DNA of 64,000 nucleotides from Eledone cirrhosa (GCA_964016885.1 OZ024743.1:302498001-302562000), one strand, 5' to 3'. Shown: positions 1 through 17,260, counted from the first letter of the stretch. Program-made: numbers and translations. Notes: a model not told the origin generated them from the letters alone.

Positions 1-313
1 ATAAAAACCGAATATTACGGCCACCTGACCTACATTGTTTATAAACACCAGCTTATCTTCACACTTGATATAATACACCCTACGACAGTCTTTACATGTC
101 AATTGTATACATCTGCTTCATGTCAGCTAGTTTTACACTCTAAAATCAGAGATACACTATACTCCCCACCTAGAATGATGTTGGGATTATTTCAAATATT
201 TTATTGCTAGCATTGTTGATATTGTTGTTATTGTTGTAAGTGAATGCCATTACTACTTCATATAGTAGCATGTATATTCCTTTCATGCCTGTATATTCAC
301 TTCATTCTCGCAA

Positions 314-419
314 GCTCCGATGAACTGACTGGTTATCATTTTGTATTGGCGATCGAGTAACGCGAAAACAAGCGGATAGCGATCTCTAATCCTACCAGTT
401 CAGAGAAACAATTGTCAGC
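314..419 (+). ncRNA. Type I hammerhead ribozyme-like motif with extended stem II (core CCGAUGA), in a probable PLE 3' terminal fragment (1-640)
   Basis: GCT-CCGATGA-ACTGACTGGT...ACCAGTTCAGA-GAAA-CAATTG-TC-AGC: stem I GCT/AGC, long stem II, palindromic stem III (ACAATTGT), GUC triplet. Confidence 0.6.
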
Positions 420-661
420 AATGAGATTGAAAACCTTTTTTGTATAGCAAACACTCTTCTTTCCTGATTTATTATTACTCCAAGTGTTTACAACATAGGA
501 ATTACAGCGTACTCACAGCATCTCTATGAAAACGCCTTGTTGAGTCAAACTTAGCCAAGCGTTCATATCATCCACTACCCGGAATACCATAACTGGTCTA
601 CACCTAAGTGGACTGCATATAACTATTATTTGTTACCCCGTATATATATATATATATATAA

Positions 662-1012
662 TGACGAAATATAAGTCAAATGCATAACTCATAATCCTTT
701 ATTTACTGCTATATATATTGGCTATGACCTCATCAGGCAGTTAGGCAGTTCTTAGATATGCCAGCTCTGTGTTTATAGTGTTGATGGTATCAGAGCCTTG
801 GGACATATGAGCTTGTTAGGAATAATTTAATGTTGTCAGCAGGAATAGTCTTAATTCTGATTGGTCAGTTTGTAGATGGTAGTAGGGTTGGTATTTAACC
901 TCAAAGAGGCAGGTGGTATTGTTAAGTTCAAACCATCAAACAAGGTGACAATAGTTCCATATGACTGATTTTCATAAAAAGCGTTCCTGGTCAGATATAT
1001 ATTCAATTAAGG

Positions 1013-1015
<3 letters not shown>
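662..1015 (-). mobile_element. Decayed 3' end of a Penelope-like element with a degenerate hammerhead (705-741)
   Basis: Minus strand reads ACTGC-CTGATGA-GGTCATAGCC-AA-TATATATA-GCAGT (GAAA eroded). Upstream on the same strand is a TLFDGLN remnant similar to the PLE C-terminal TLxPxGLN motif. Both sides are flanked by (TA)n. Confidence 0.5.
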
Positions 1016-1095
<80 letters not shown>

Positions 1096-1996
1096 GTGTG
1101 TGTGTGTATGTGTGTATATATATATATAACACATATATATATAAATATATGTATATATGTATATATATTGTTCCGGAGAGATTGTTTTGGTAAATAACAG
1201 AAGCAAGCACGAGAAATAACTCTCACACTCGCAGTTTCTAGTTACGGTGGAGAATTTTATAAAAATAACAAAATATGGTGCCGATGTTACATAAATCGTT
1301 TAATCATTACGATTATTTCTACGGTTCTCAAAGCAATCGAGAAGTCCTTCATGCATTTGTTGTTGTTATGAGGACAATATCCCCAAATGAAATCCGATTT
1401 ATGTGATATGCCACCGGTATGAAAAAACACACGTCTATTTGCTCGTCCGCCCAGCAGATATAGGAATGACTGAAAGGGTCTCCCATCAGTCGTGTTTGCT
1501 GGAGTAATGGGTTATCAACGTGTTAATTAGTTAAAACAGGATTCACGCAGCCCCCGCGGAGTTGAGGTCGTAAATCAACTGTGAGGTCATCTCACAAGTA
1601 TGCTGAAATTATCAAACGAAAAACTGTGTAGCCAGAGCCCGCTAGATAGTGGAAGTAATAAATGCAGCTCTGAGGTAGGGGAGCTATATATTTTGTTGAC
1701 ACCCACATTAAGACAACAGCAACAACAAGAACAAGAACAACAATAACAACAACAGCGTACGTTGGCCGTAGCATTCGTAGTGACGGTACCGCCCCACCGA
1801 CAACAACAAAGATAATTACAGCCAGAGCAATAAACGGAACTCTGAGGTAAGTTGACACACGGACTTGATGGCCACTTTCACCATGACCACAGCAACAATA
1901 ACAATAGTAACGGCAACAAGATTCTCGATTGCATGGAGAACCGTAGAAATAATTATAATGATTTAACGATTTATGTAACTTCAGCGTCCTATTTTG

Positions 1997-2056
<60 letters not shown>

Positions 2057-2062
<6 letters not shown>

Positions 2063-2782
2063 ATACTTGCGGAGGGTCATATTGTTGTAATGATATTGCC
2101 AGAAATGATAACAGAACACACTCACTGTTTGGTTGGTTTTCGCTTCTGTATCTTTTATATCTCCACAGTTAATTCATTCGGTCCTCAATGTTTACCATTG
2201 ACTAACCAACGGTCAAAAATACAGATATAATACAGATATAAACACATATATATATAGTCTAACAAAGTTCTTTCGTGGCGCATCTGCAATATCGTCAGTG
2301 GTGCTATTATGTTCCTCCTGTTGTATTGAATATCGACGCCATCTTTATTTTATCTGTTTATTTATTTATTTATTTATTTATTCCTGTCGTCTTCTCTGCG
2401 CATGCGTTTGCGTGTGTGTATAGTGTTTGGTGTGTGAGTGTTCGCGTTTCGGTGACTGTGTTTTGGTTATTGTATTCTATCTTAGTTTACTAGTGTGTGT
2501 TTATATGTGTTTGTTGTTACTGTGCTTGTGTATATATTTATTTATTTATGTATATTTCTCTTAAGTCAGTCTTGTTTGTTTGGATGTTGTTGTTATTTCA
2601 TTCATTTTTTTTTTCTTTTTAACTTTGGCCTTCTATGTTCTATTTCAATTACCTCTCTGATTTGACTATCTCTTGGTCATTTCTATGTTTAGATATTATT
2701 TTAATTTCTATGTTGTCTATGTTACCGTCATTTTGTTGTCTGGCGTGTTCGTATAGTACTGCACCGTTTTTTCGTCCTTCGC
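2057..2782 (-). mobile_element. 5'-truncated PLE fragment (end of GIY-YIG plus 3' UTR/pLTR), same family as 6622-9140
   Basis: Colinear similarity to 6622-7395, same terminus (TA)n|TTGTTATACTTGCGGAGGGTC, and a decayed HHR at about 2261-2303 (CTGACGA...GAAAGAACTT on the minus strand). Confidence 0.85.
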
Positions 2783-3049
2783 AAGTATAACAATATGTGT
2801 TACGACACACGATGTCATATCAAAAACGTCGCAAAACAAATATATATATATATATATAAAATATCAGGTTATCAATAATGTAGTGATAATATATCGTTAC
2901 GTTAGAGATGAACAGCGTACGTGCAGGTTTGCTCAACGAGTATAAATTATATTCCGGAGAAAATGTAGAAAGGATGAATATAAAATGAAAGTGCTTTTTT
3001 TAAAAAGGAATTTATTAGGTATTGACATATGTTTCTGTAACAGACGCAA

Positions 3050-3420
3050 AACCTATGTATCGCTGCTTGCGTAATCATATAATGTTAGCAAGTATTCGAT
3101 AGCAAATGTATAATCAGTTGTCACTTCTTCAGAGATTTTGGATAAATGGGATAAAATCAGAAAAATTGAAGTATTTATATTAGTAATAGAGGAAGAAAAA
3201 GAGGGGATAGTATATGACAGATGGTAAATCAATTTACTACTAAACAAGTATATAATGGGTTTCTAATGAGAATACCATGAGTAAATGGTTCATTTTATCT
3301 AAATAAGAATTTTTGGGAGTGCCAATTTTAATCACTACTTGACCAATTGGACAGTGGACAGGGCTGGTCATTTGGTCTAGTAGTATTAATTATAAAGTGT
3401 CAATTGGGGAAGGGGGAGAT
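3050..3420 (-). mobile_element. Possible highly decayed LINE reverse transcriptase fragment
   Basis: Minus-strand peptide IFLILSHLSKISEEV resembles the RPISLLSxLSKIFEK motif of CR1/L2-type RTs. No other motif is recognisable. Confidence 0.25.
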
Positions 3421-3598
3421 TTCGATTGCTACTGAATAACATCAATGCTAGTAGCCAGCTGGTATATGCATTAGGGAATTGAATTAAGAAATCAGAAATC
3501 TCATTCTATCTATAGCAGTTTATATTAAAAGGTAAATAATAGAATGTAAGTATGTATGTATACGTACATACATATATGTATACAGACGTACAGTAGCA

Positions 3599-3716
<118 letters not shown>

Positions 3717-3720
3717 TATA

Positions 3721-3881
3721 GGAACGATCGACATTCGTCAAATCGGACCGAGGAAACAATGTTTCCGTTGGTCTTTCCAATTGCTAATACTATCTATCGG
3801 TCGCAACTCCAGGTAGAAGGAGCAACGTGAAATAAAGTGTCTTGCTCAAGGACATAACGCATCACCTGGTCCAGGAATCGA
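3721..3881 (-). mobile_element. 5'-truncated tRNA-derived SINE (same family as 39299-39515), nested in the TA tract of family A
   Basis: Reverse complement of about 39352-39510. Confidence 0.85.
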
Positions 3882-3885
3882 TATG

Positions 3886-3937
<52 letters not shown>

Positions 3938-4110
3938 CATATATATATATATATGCATACAGGTACACATACATATATGCACGCATCAGTTTAGCGGACG
4001 CTTATTATAACGCCGCTTTGTTCGTTTGTAAACAAACTGAACAGCCTGAATTTATGCCATACGGTGTTAAGGCAACCACGTCACCTTTTTGTTCAACACT
4101 GACACAGGAA

Positions 4111-4151
4111 CGATGTACTAGTTTCAAGCTTGTTAGCTATCATCAGTACCG
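4111..4151 (-). ncRNA. Minimal type I hammerhead ribozyme (family A)
   Basis: CGGTA-CTGATGA-TAGCTAACAAGCTT-GAAA-CTAG-TA-CATCG, with one mismatch at the base of stem I. Confidence 0.8.
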
Positions 4152-4388
4152 TATACCCATCTGCCAGATAGTTGAACGTTCGAAAGTATATACTTTCCTT
4201 ATGAAAATTAACGGCTGAGCAGCCTAATTTGCATATTGAGTGAGTTAAATCGGTCAGGCATACCGAAAATGATAGGTTGATATAAAATGAAAACGAAATT
4301 TCATTTCTCACTCATAGTATGGCACTTACTTAAATGTAAGTATGTATGTATACGTACATACATATATGTATACAGACGTACAGTAGCA

Positions 4389-4460
<72 letters not shown>

Positions 4461-4741
4461 CAGGTACACATACATATATGCACGCATCAGTTTAGCGGAC
4501 GCTTATTATAACGCCGCTTTGTTTGTTTGTAAACAAACTGAACAGCCTGAATTTATGCCATACGGTGTTAAGGCAACCATGTCACCTTTTTGTTCAACAC
4601 TGACACAGGAACGATGGTGACGTGGTTGCCTTAACACCGTATGGCATAAATTCAGGCTGTTCAGTTTGTTTACAAACAAACAAAGCGGCGTTATAATAAG
4701 CGTCCGCTAAACTGATGCGTGCATATATGTATGTGTACCTG

Positions 4742-4807
<66 letters not shown>

Positions 4808-5044
4808 TGCTACTGTACGTCTGTATACATATATGTATGTACGTATACATACATACTTACATTTAAGTAAGTACCATACTAAGAGTGAGAAATGAAATTT
4901 CGTTTTCATTTTATTTCAACCTATCGTTTTCGGTATGCCTGACCGATTTAACTCACTCAATATGCAAATTAGGCTGCTCAGCCGTTAATTTTCATAAGGA
5001 AAGTATATACTTTCGAACGTTCAACTATCTGGCATATGGGTATA

Positions 5045-5085
5045 CGGTGCTGATGATAGCTAACAAGCTTGAAACTAGTACATCG
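5045..5085 (+). ncRNA. Minimal type I hammerhead ribozyme (family A), intact
   Basis: CGGTG-CTGATGA-TAGCTAACAAGCTT-GAAA-CTAG-TA-CATCG: complete core, palindromic stem III ACTAGT, predicted cleavage after GUA at 5080. Confidence 0.9.
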
Positions 5086-5236
5086 TTCCTGTGTCAGTGT
5101 TGAACAAAAAGGTGACGTGGTTGCCTTAACACCGTATGGCATAAATTCAGGCTGTTCAGTTTGTTTACAAACGAACAAAGCGGCGTTATAATAAATGTTC
5201 GGTAAACTAATGCGTGCATATATGTATGTGTACCTG

Positions 5237-5276
<40 letters not shown>

Positions 5277-5474
5277 TGCTACCGTACGTCTGTATACATA
5301 TATACTTACATTTAAGTAAGTGCCATACTAAGAGTGAGAGATGAAATTTCGTTTTCATTTTATTTCAACCTAAATAATAGAAGAGTTGATAGAATTAAGA
5401 CTAATAAAAAATGTTAATATCTATTATGACAATCAAACGGAGATAGAGACAGGCGTTCAATCCTGGTAGTATTT

Positions 5475-5543
<69 letters not shown>

Positions 5544-5547
5544 GATG

Positions 5548-5579
<32 letters not shown>

Positions 5580-5614
5580 TATATGTCAAACATATATATA
5601 TATATATTTAGATG

Positions 5615-5654
<40 letters not shown>

Positions 5655-5687
5655 TTTATACGTCAAACATATATATACATATATTTA

Positions 5688-5729
<42 letters not shown>

Positions 5730-5770
5730 CATATATTTATATGTAAAATATATTTATATATACATATATT

Positions 5771-5809
<39 letters not shown>

Positions 5810-5816
5810 GTATATG

Positions 5817-5862
<46 letters not shown>

Positions 5863-5884
5863 CATATATATACATATATTTATA

Positions 5885-5934
<50 letters not shown>

Positions 5935-5979
5935 TAAATATATATATATATTTACATACATATGTACATAAGCAAAGAC

Positions 5980-6120
5980 GCGTGAGGCTATAAATTCGAT
6001 TCCCGGATTAGGCGATGCGTTATGCCCTTCAGAAAGACACTTTTTTCAGGTTGCTCCATCTACCCGGATTTGCGACCTGTAGATAATATTAACAATTAGA
6101 AAGACCAAAGGAAACATTGT
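5980..6120 (+). mobile_element. Degenerate copy of the tRNA-derived SINE at 39299
   Basis: TTCGATTCCCGGATTAGGCGATGCGTTATGCCCTTCAGAAAGACACT matches the SINE body. Confidence 0.7.
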
Positions 6121-6201
6121 TTCATTAGGCTGGTTTAACAAGCTCCGCCACACTCATTAAGCCAATGAGGTCTGAAAACTTTTCGATCGACTGTTTTATA
6201 G

Positions 6202-6239
<38 letters not shown>

Positions 6240-6490
6240 TTGTGTGTGTGTGTACGTATGTGTGTATGTGTGTGTGTGCATGTGTGTGTATGTGTATGTG
6301 CGTGTGTGTATATGCGTGTGTGTATGAATAAAATACGAACATATGTATGCATATTTGTCTTTAAAGGTCTTTTTTATTCCTACTCTTATATAAATACACA
6401 CACACACATTTATATATAGAAATATATAAACGTATACATAGGTATATATACATATATATAAACGTATGCATATATATATACTATATATAT

Positions 6491-10787
<4,297 letters not shown>

Positions 10788-11125
10788 CACAGAACATATG
10801 TTTCCGAATTCAGGGACTAGGCTCCTTCTTCTTACCGTTTGACCTGTGCGAAATTCTTTCCTTGATCACATTTCGTCTTGGTTTGATGGTCTCTATTCTC
10901 TCTAGTCCACGATTTCACGGAACTTATATTCATCGATTTCCGGACTTGACTCTTTTCCTCACTTTTCGTTGCATTATCATCTTGATTGTTTACTGTCTCG
11001 CTCGTTCCCCTTATTTACTTGTCCCAACGACTTTCTTTAGCCATTGCTCGCACCAACGGAGGTGTATGGTTTTTAAGCGATGAATACCAATGAAGGTTGG
11101 AAGATTACTGATGAAGGACTAAATT

Positions 11126-11156
<31 letters not shown>

Positions 11157-11228
11157 TATATAATATATATATAATATGTATATATATATATATAATATCT
11201 ATATATATATATATATATATATAATATG

Positions 11229-11280
<52 letters not shown>

Positions 11281-11300
11281 TATGTCTCTCTCGTCACTCT

Positions 11301-11387
<87 letters not shown>

Positions 11388-11388
<1 letters not shown>

Positions 11389-11570
11389 ACAGTCGATTGA
11401 CTGTCCTCAAATTGGTCTTTCCAGTTGCTACTGCTATCTATCGGTCGCAACTCCAGGTAGAAGGAGTAACGTGAAATAAAGTGTCTTGGTCGTTGAAGGA
11501 CATAACGCATCGCCGGTCCAGGAATCGAACTGACAACCTCACGATTGTGCATCCAATTCTCTAACCGCTA
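11388..11570 (-). mobile_element. tRNA-derived SINE (family of 39299)
   Basis: Reverse complement contains the head (TAGCGGTTAGAG...GTTCGATTCC) and the body TGCGTTATGTCCTT...AAGACACTTTATTTCACGTT. Confidence 0.88.
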
Positions 11571-11747
11571 TATATATATATATTAATATATAATGAAATA
11601 AATATGGTTTTATAAATATAGTTTCCATTTATTAATATCGTATATCTACTCCAAAAACTTGTCGAGTGCTTTATATCAGTTATAAAATATTTACTTGTTG
11701 TATCCAACAAATTTAAATATAACTTTTGCATATATTAATATATATAT

Positions 11748-11925
11748 ATTTATTAAAATAACAAACGAAAGTGTAAGCAAATAATCGCTATCCTTAGCGA
11801 TTCTTTGCTTAAACTTTAATCTGTTATTTTAATAAATATTTGATCTACGGTTCTTACTTATTTGATATATAGTTATCCATATCGAGCCCTCTTTGGAGTT
11901 TAGTCTTCAAATTTACTATTATTAC
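11748..11925. mobile_element. Family B PLE-terminus fragment with fold-back
   Basis: ATTAAAATAACA...AAGCAAATAATCGCTA-TCCT-TAGCGATTCTTTGCTT...TGTTATTTTAAT hairpin, followed by the GAGCCCTCTTTGGA...GTCTTCAAATT terminus shared with 29705-30090, 31066-31150 and 45925-46020. Confidence 0.8.
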
Positions 11926-11949
11926 GATTAATATACATATATATTTATT

Positions 11950-11980
<31 letters not shown>

Positions 11981-12255
11981 TGAGAAACTGAGAGACAGAG
12001 AGAGTGAGAGAGGGAGAGAGATATAATGAGATGATAGATAGAGAGAGAGAGGGAGAGAGGGAGAGATAGAGAGAGAAATATAGTTTTATAGATATATTTT
12101 ACATCTATACACAATCATATATATGTATTTTTTTTTTTCATTCATTATATTCTAATATATGTATGCCTGTTACACAGTCCTGGTAAATGAGATTCAAGAT
12201 GTAATCAATCCCATTTATCTAGTGTAAATATAAAACATTATATGAAAAAATACCC

Positions 12256-12445
12256 GGTGGTGGATTGGCAGTATCGGTAGAGGATCGGACGCCATGTTTT
12301 CCAGTATAGTTACGCCCCTTTACGATCTGAGTTCAAATCCCGCCGAGGTTGACTTTGCCTTTCATCCTTTCGGGTTCGATAAAATAAAGTACCAGTAAAG
12401 CACTGGTTTATTGCTGGCATTGTGCCTAAAGTCGAAACAATTATA
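12256..12445 (+). mobile_element. tRNA-related SINE with Nin-domain-like body
   Basis: A-box-like TGGCAGTATCGG, B-box GAGTTCAAATCC (12329-12340), body CCGAGGTTGACTTTGCCTTTCATCCTTTCGGG..GATAAAAT..GTACCAG. Further copies at 43693 and 60270. Confidence 0.85.
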
Positions 12446-15400
12446 TGAAAAAATACCAAAAGTTTATCACTGCTTTATACATCGTATTCTGACTCGACCA
12501 CTGAACTGTTCTCTCGCAGCAATAATTTGCCATGTGCGTTTTCATTTTGTTCATACTCTTAGATATAATTATCTACTCATCAGTTTCTTCTGGGTATCAC
12601 CTAGAATGTCCTTCGTAACACCTGTGCTCATATATCTACTAAACATATATATCTTTAATTAGAAGATATTACATATCTAAAGATATTTGAGATATAATAT
12701 TTATACAATTAAACAGGATATGAAATAATCGACAATTTCTCGCATTGAATATATATTGGCAATGATTAAATAGAATGCAGAGAATCGCAGAACCAAGTTT
12801 TCAGGAATTACACACACACACCGTAGAGGAAATATTATCAATATAGACTGTACAGGCATTTAATAGTAGGATGTCAATGCAAAATTTAAAAATAATCAAT
12901 ACCCACAACACCTAGCTGCATTCAGTCATGCATGGAAAACAATAACAATCAGAGTGAAATGATAATAAAAATAATTTGGGCCACACTTTATATAGAAGGC
13001 TTCTCATTATTAAATGTTTCTTCTCTGAGTACTGAAGATTTAAATTTAATGACCACCCTCCAGTTTACTAATACCACCATGTTTTTCAGTGACCATCGTC
13101 TATCCTTTTCAGCCCGTTAAGCGAAACAATAAACAAAAACAACAAGGTGTGAGGGAAATTATTGTATTCTTAAAACAATGTATTTCAGTGAAGTTCGTGA
13201 ATTTTATAAGGCTTAATAGCACGAAGAGAAATGTTAAGACCAGTCTCCAGTCTAAGACTGGAAGCATATTCTTTTTTTTCTTGTGAAATGTTAAAGAGTC
13301 CCAGATCATATTTCTGCTAATTTATTGACAGCTACCTCTCATTAGAAAGTCAAAAAATTCAATCTGTATTAATTCTGTTAATTTAATATGAGGGATGTAT
13401 TTTCATAAAACAATGTCATTTGACTAATTCACAAAATAAACATTTTGATGATGTTAGGTTCCATTAGAATATTTTGCACTAGACTATTTATTTTAAAAGT
13501 GACGAGAACTTTTCGTTTCCGATAGTAACATAGTTTTAAATGATGTACAAACAATGAATATGTTCGTTCAAGTTCGAATGTTATCCTTAAACCTGACTGT
13601 TACATAATTGATTGATCATTAGGTGGTCATTGAGGATTTCATAAAGGCTTGAATCTTGAGATATGAAGAATGACGTTTTGCTAGTATGCTGATTAAATAA
13701 TGACGCCATGAGCCGGTATCTACTGCATTGAAATGTATCAAAAACAAATGGTCTTGTTTACACTATTCCTCCAAGCAAATATCATATGCAGGAAACAATA
13801 TAAAAAAGACTAAGGCCAGGAGCAATAGCAATCATTATGCCAACATTTCAGGCAATGACATTGGAGATAACAATGATGGTCCTAATCATGTTCATAATAA
13901 TTTGCATATGTATAATAGTGACGACCACGACGGATGTGTTAAGTTGAAAATATGGATAATCATTTTCGTTATTGTTTATTCTATGGACTCTCGGTCTGCT
14001 AGAAAGATCAACGATATCCCTATCAAAAAATACTCAAGTGTTTTAAAAATAGTAACAATATGGAACAGATAGGTTTGGCCTATATCGATAGCATATATTT
14101 GATAAAATTACATATCGCTGATGTGTTGCATGAATCAAAAAGCAAACAAATAGAAGAAATCAAATTTTACTTAATTTACGTTCAATCAATTAAGGACCAG
14201 TGTATAATGCATGTCAGTGTAAATAAAATTCATCCCTATTTCAAACTAAAATAAGTACATATGAACTATATTATAGATAAAATTTGACAACATGTATGTT
14301 ATTGTAATATAATACCAGTATTCTAAAGTTGAAATACACTGTCGCCACAGTTTGTTTTATATCTGAAAATGTTTTCTCAGAAAACATGCTAACACCTGGC
14401 TAGAATGGGTAAAAGAGAAATAATAACAACTATAATAGATCTATATCCCAAGTAAATTGGGTTTATTATTTTCTCAATGCAACATAGAATGCAATAACGT
14501 CTAGGTTACTCTGAACCCAGAACATATTGAAGAAATATTAAAAGTTATATACGATTTAATAAATGAAATGAGTGAACCAGACAACGCAGGGAATCGTTGA
14601 ATGTCCTATTGTATGGCATGATTGCGTGAGATGTACAACAATCCTAGATAATATTCGAAGGTACCACATTTAAAGTTCGTTGAAACATGATAATGTAGAA
14701 TGATATTTAAAGACCAGAAGCACAACAAAATGTCAGCCACTTGTTTGAACTGACAAATCAAATGTGATATGATCTGGCTAATGGAATTAAAGTTTGCCCG
14801 AAAATAATATATTACAAGAACATTCAACATAATTTTACATTCATTTCAACAAATAAATAACAAATTTAGCATAGCTTAAATATCAAGAATGACGCATGTC
14901 AAGGTTGAACCACACAAATAGCATCTTAATGTAACTGTAGCACTATAAAAACGTTACGATTGAATCGAAGTTGGATGGGCATTGTCTGAGCTTTCGCCCC
15001 GCTAGAAAAATCTGCCAAATATTTCAGAAATTATACTCTGCTTTTTAAAAAGAGCTAGAAAATGACGTAAATGGTTGTGTAGCCGAATAATAACAATGCG
15101 TGTGAGAAGAGAAACGTGTGTATAGTAATGGCTATGTAGTTACAGGGACGGAAAGAAAGCTTTAAAATATTTGACCAAATCCAACGTAGGTCAAATATTA
15201 ATTTCAATGTCTCGGTGTTGTTAATAATTACCCTGCCAGCCAAGGAGTGGTTAGCAGGATTGATAGGGTGTCAGCTTCAGTTATTCGTCCTATCCCTTCC
15301 GGTTGTTAGTGATGTGGGCTCAGCTTTCACTGCCTACTAACTGTCTTCTTGTAACGGTAAACTGCTACGATTAGTCCAGGTTAACGGTCATGTGTTCCAT

Positions 15401-16333
15401 TACAGAAGTCGATTGAATAACATCCCGTTCGTGTTAGTAAAACACAGTGAGTATGTACGTATGTGGAAATACAATAGAACAGAAAAAATAATGATTGTTC
15501 ATCCCATATGGGTTAAGGGGAAATATGTCAACATGTCAACGAATACTACTTGGTTAATGGGGATTGCAAGTTCTCGGAGTAATTGCCAAATATTTGACAG
15601 AGTGCTTTGCAGCGAGTCGAACGTATCCATATATTTAAAGGATCTTTAGGAGAACAATTTGAGAGGCACAATTGGAATGCTAATAAAATGAAAACACCTA
15701 CCGACCGTCTCATTCAGTAACTAGAGTAACAGTCGGGATATAATATAAAATTAGTCACCTTTACTAAAAGTATCCGAATATAAAAATATATCAATAAAAA
15801 AAATTAAATTAAATCATCAACACAAATGAAAATGAAAAGGAATTCAACAAAACTTACTTTACATTTGTTTCAATGAGTTTAGTAATGTAATCACAAAGTT
15901 TATATCTCTCTGGTTGTATATATATATATATATAAGAATATATATAGAAAGAAATATATAAATAAATCAATATAAGTATATATATTTATTTATATATTTA
16001 TTTAATTATATAATTTCTACTGTATGTAACTGGTTTACTTTCCGGTTATATACTCAAACATTGCTGCGAAATATGAGTAGTTTTTAGAAAATCGGCATGT
16101 ATGTTAAAGCTTGTATCGGTTTTATAAAAGTTATATGAGAGTCCATCCAACCTGTAAGCAATGTAACTGAATGCGAGAATCAGGCAAAACGCAAGCAGTC
16201 ATGTATGCCGGTGACAGAACACAAACAAGCAGTCCTAGCTGATATCCCATGCCTGCTGGGTGTTTGAAGACTTCCGCGAAATAATAATAAATATACGCAC
16301 GTGCACATAGAAATCTCTCTCTCTCTCTCCCTC

Positions 16334-16431
<98 letters not shown>

Positions 16432-16474
16432 TATGTATATATAGAAGTGGTTACACAACAGTTAGTTCACCATA

Positions 16475-16514
16475 CCGAGAACAATTGTTTCACCTTAGCG
16501 GATCTTCAGCCCGG
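16475..16514 (-). ncRNA. Minimal type I hammerhead ribozyme (family F)
   Basis: CCGGG-CTGAAGA-TCCGCTAAGGT-GAAA-CAATTG-TT-CTCGG: 5-bp stem I and palindromic stem III ACAATTGT. It lies in a short unique insert (16443-16517) between microsatellites. Confidence 0.82.
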
Positions 16515-16647
16515 GATGTGTATATATGTGTGTGTCTGTGCGTGTGTGTGTGTGTGAGTATATATTTGTATATATATATAACATATAATATATAGTATAT
16601 ATTTATATTACATAGTATATATATATATATATATACAAATATATACT

Positions 16648-16681
<34 letters not shown>

Positions 16682-16740
16682 ATATATATATATATATATT
16701 CTATATATATATATATATATAATTTCCATTTATTCAATAT

Positions 16741-16774
<34 letters not shown>

Positions 16775-16776
<2 letters not shown>

Positions 16777-16883
16777 CGAAGGAAATGTGGTAAGGAACCA
16801 GGTGGACCCTAACGCACCAAAGTACTCAATACTTAAGGTAGTAGAGTGCGTAATAGGTACGAGTAGGGTCCTACTCGTTCCTA
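16775..16883. mobile_element. Family E short element with terminal fold-back
   Basis: (TA)n|AACGAAGGAAATGTGGTAAGGAACCAG...GAGTAGG-GT-CCTACTCGTTCCTA|(TA)n. Homologous to 21449, 45708 and 58850. Confidence 0.85.
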
Positions 16884-16969
16884 TATATATATAAAAAACA
16901 TGAGAAGAAAGAAGAATACTGCGTGGTTGCACATAGGTTACATATGATAAAAATAGTCCTTCAACAGTG

Positions 16970-17040
<71 letters not shown>

Positions 17041-17090
17041 TATATATATATATATATATATATATTCTATATATATATATATATATATAT

Positions 17091-17121
<31 letters not shown>

Positions 17122-17142
17122 TCTATATATATATATATATAT

Positions 17143-17260
<118 letters not shown>

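Noticed and set aside
3883-5358. Recurrent short ORFs of family A (e.g. ...TLTQERCTSFKLVSY...)
   Set aside because: They recur only because the repeat recurs, start within microsatellite and have no domain motif.
10787-11125. Possible split hammerhead (GAACATATGTT at the start, CTGATGAAGGACTA at the end)
   Set aside because: No consistent stem I or II could be assembled; at most a truncated fragment.
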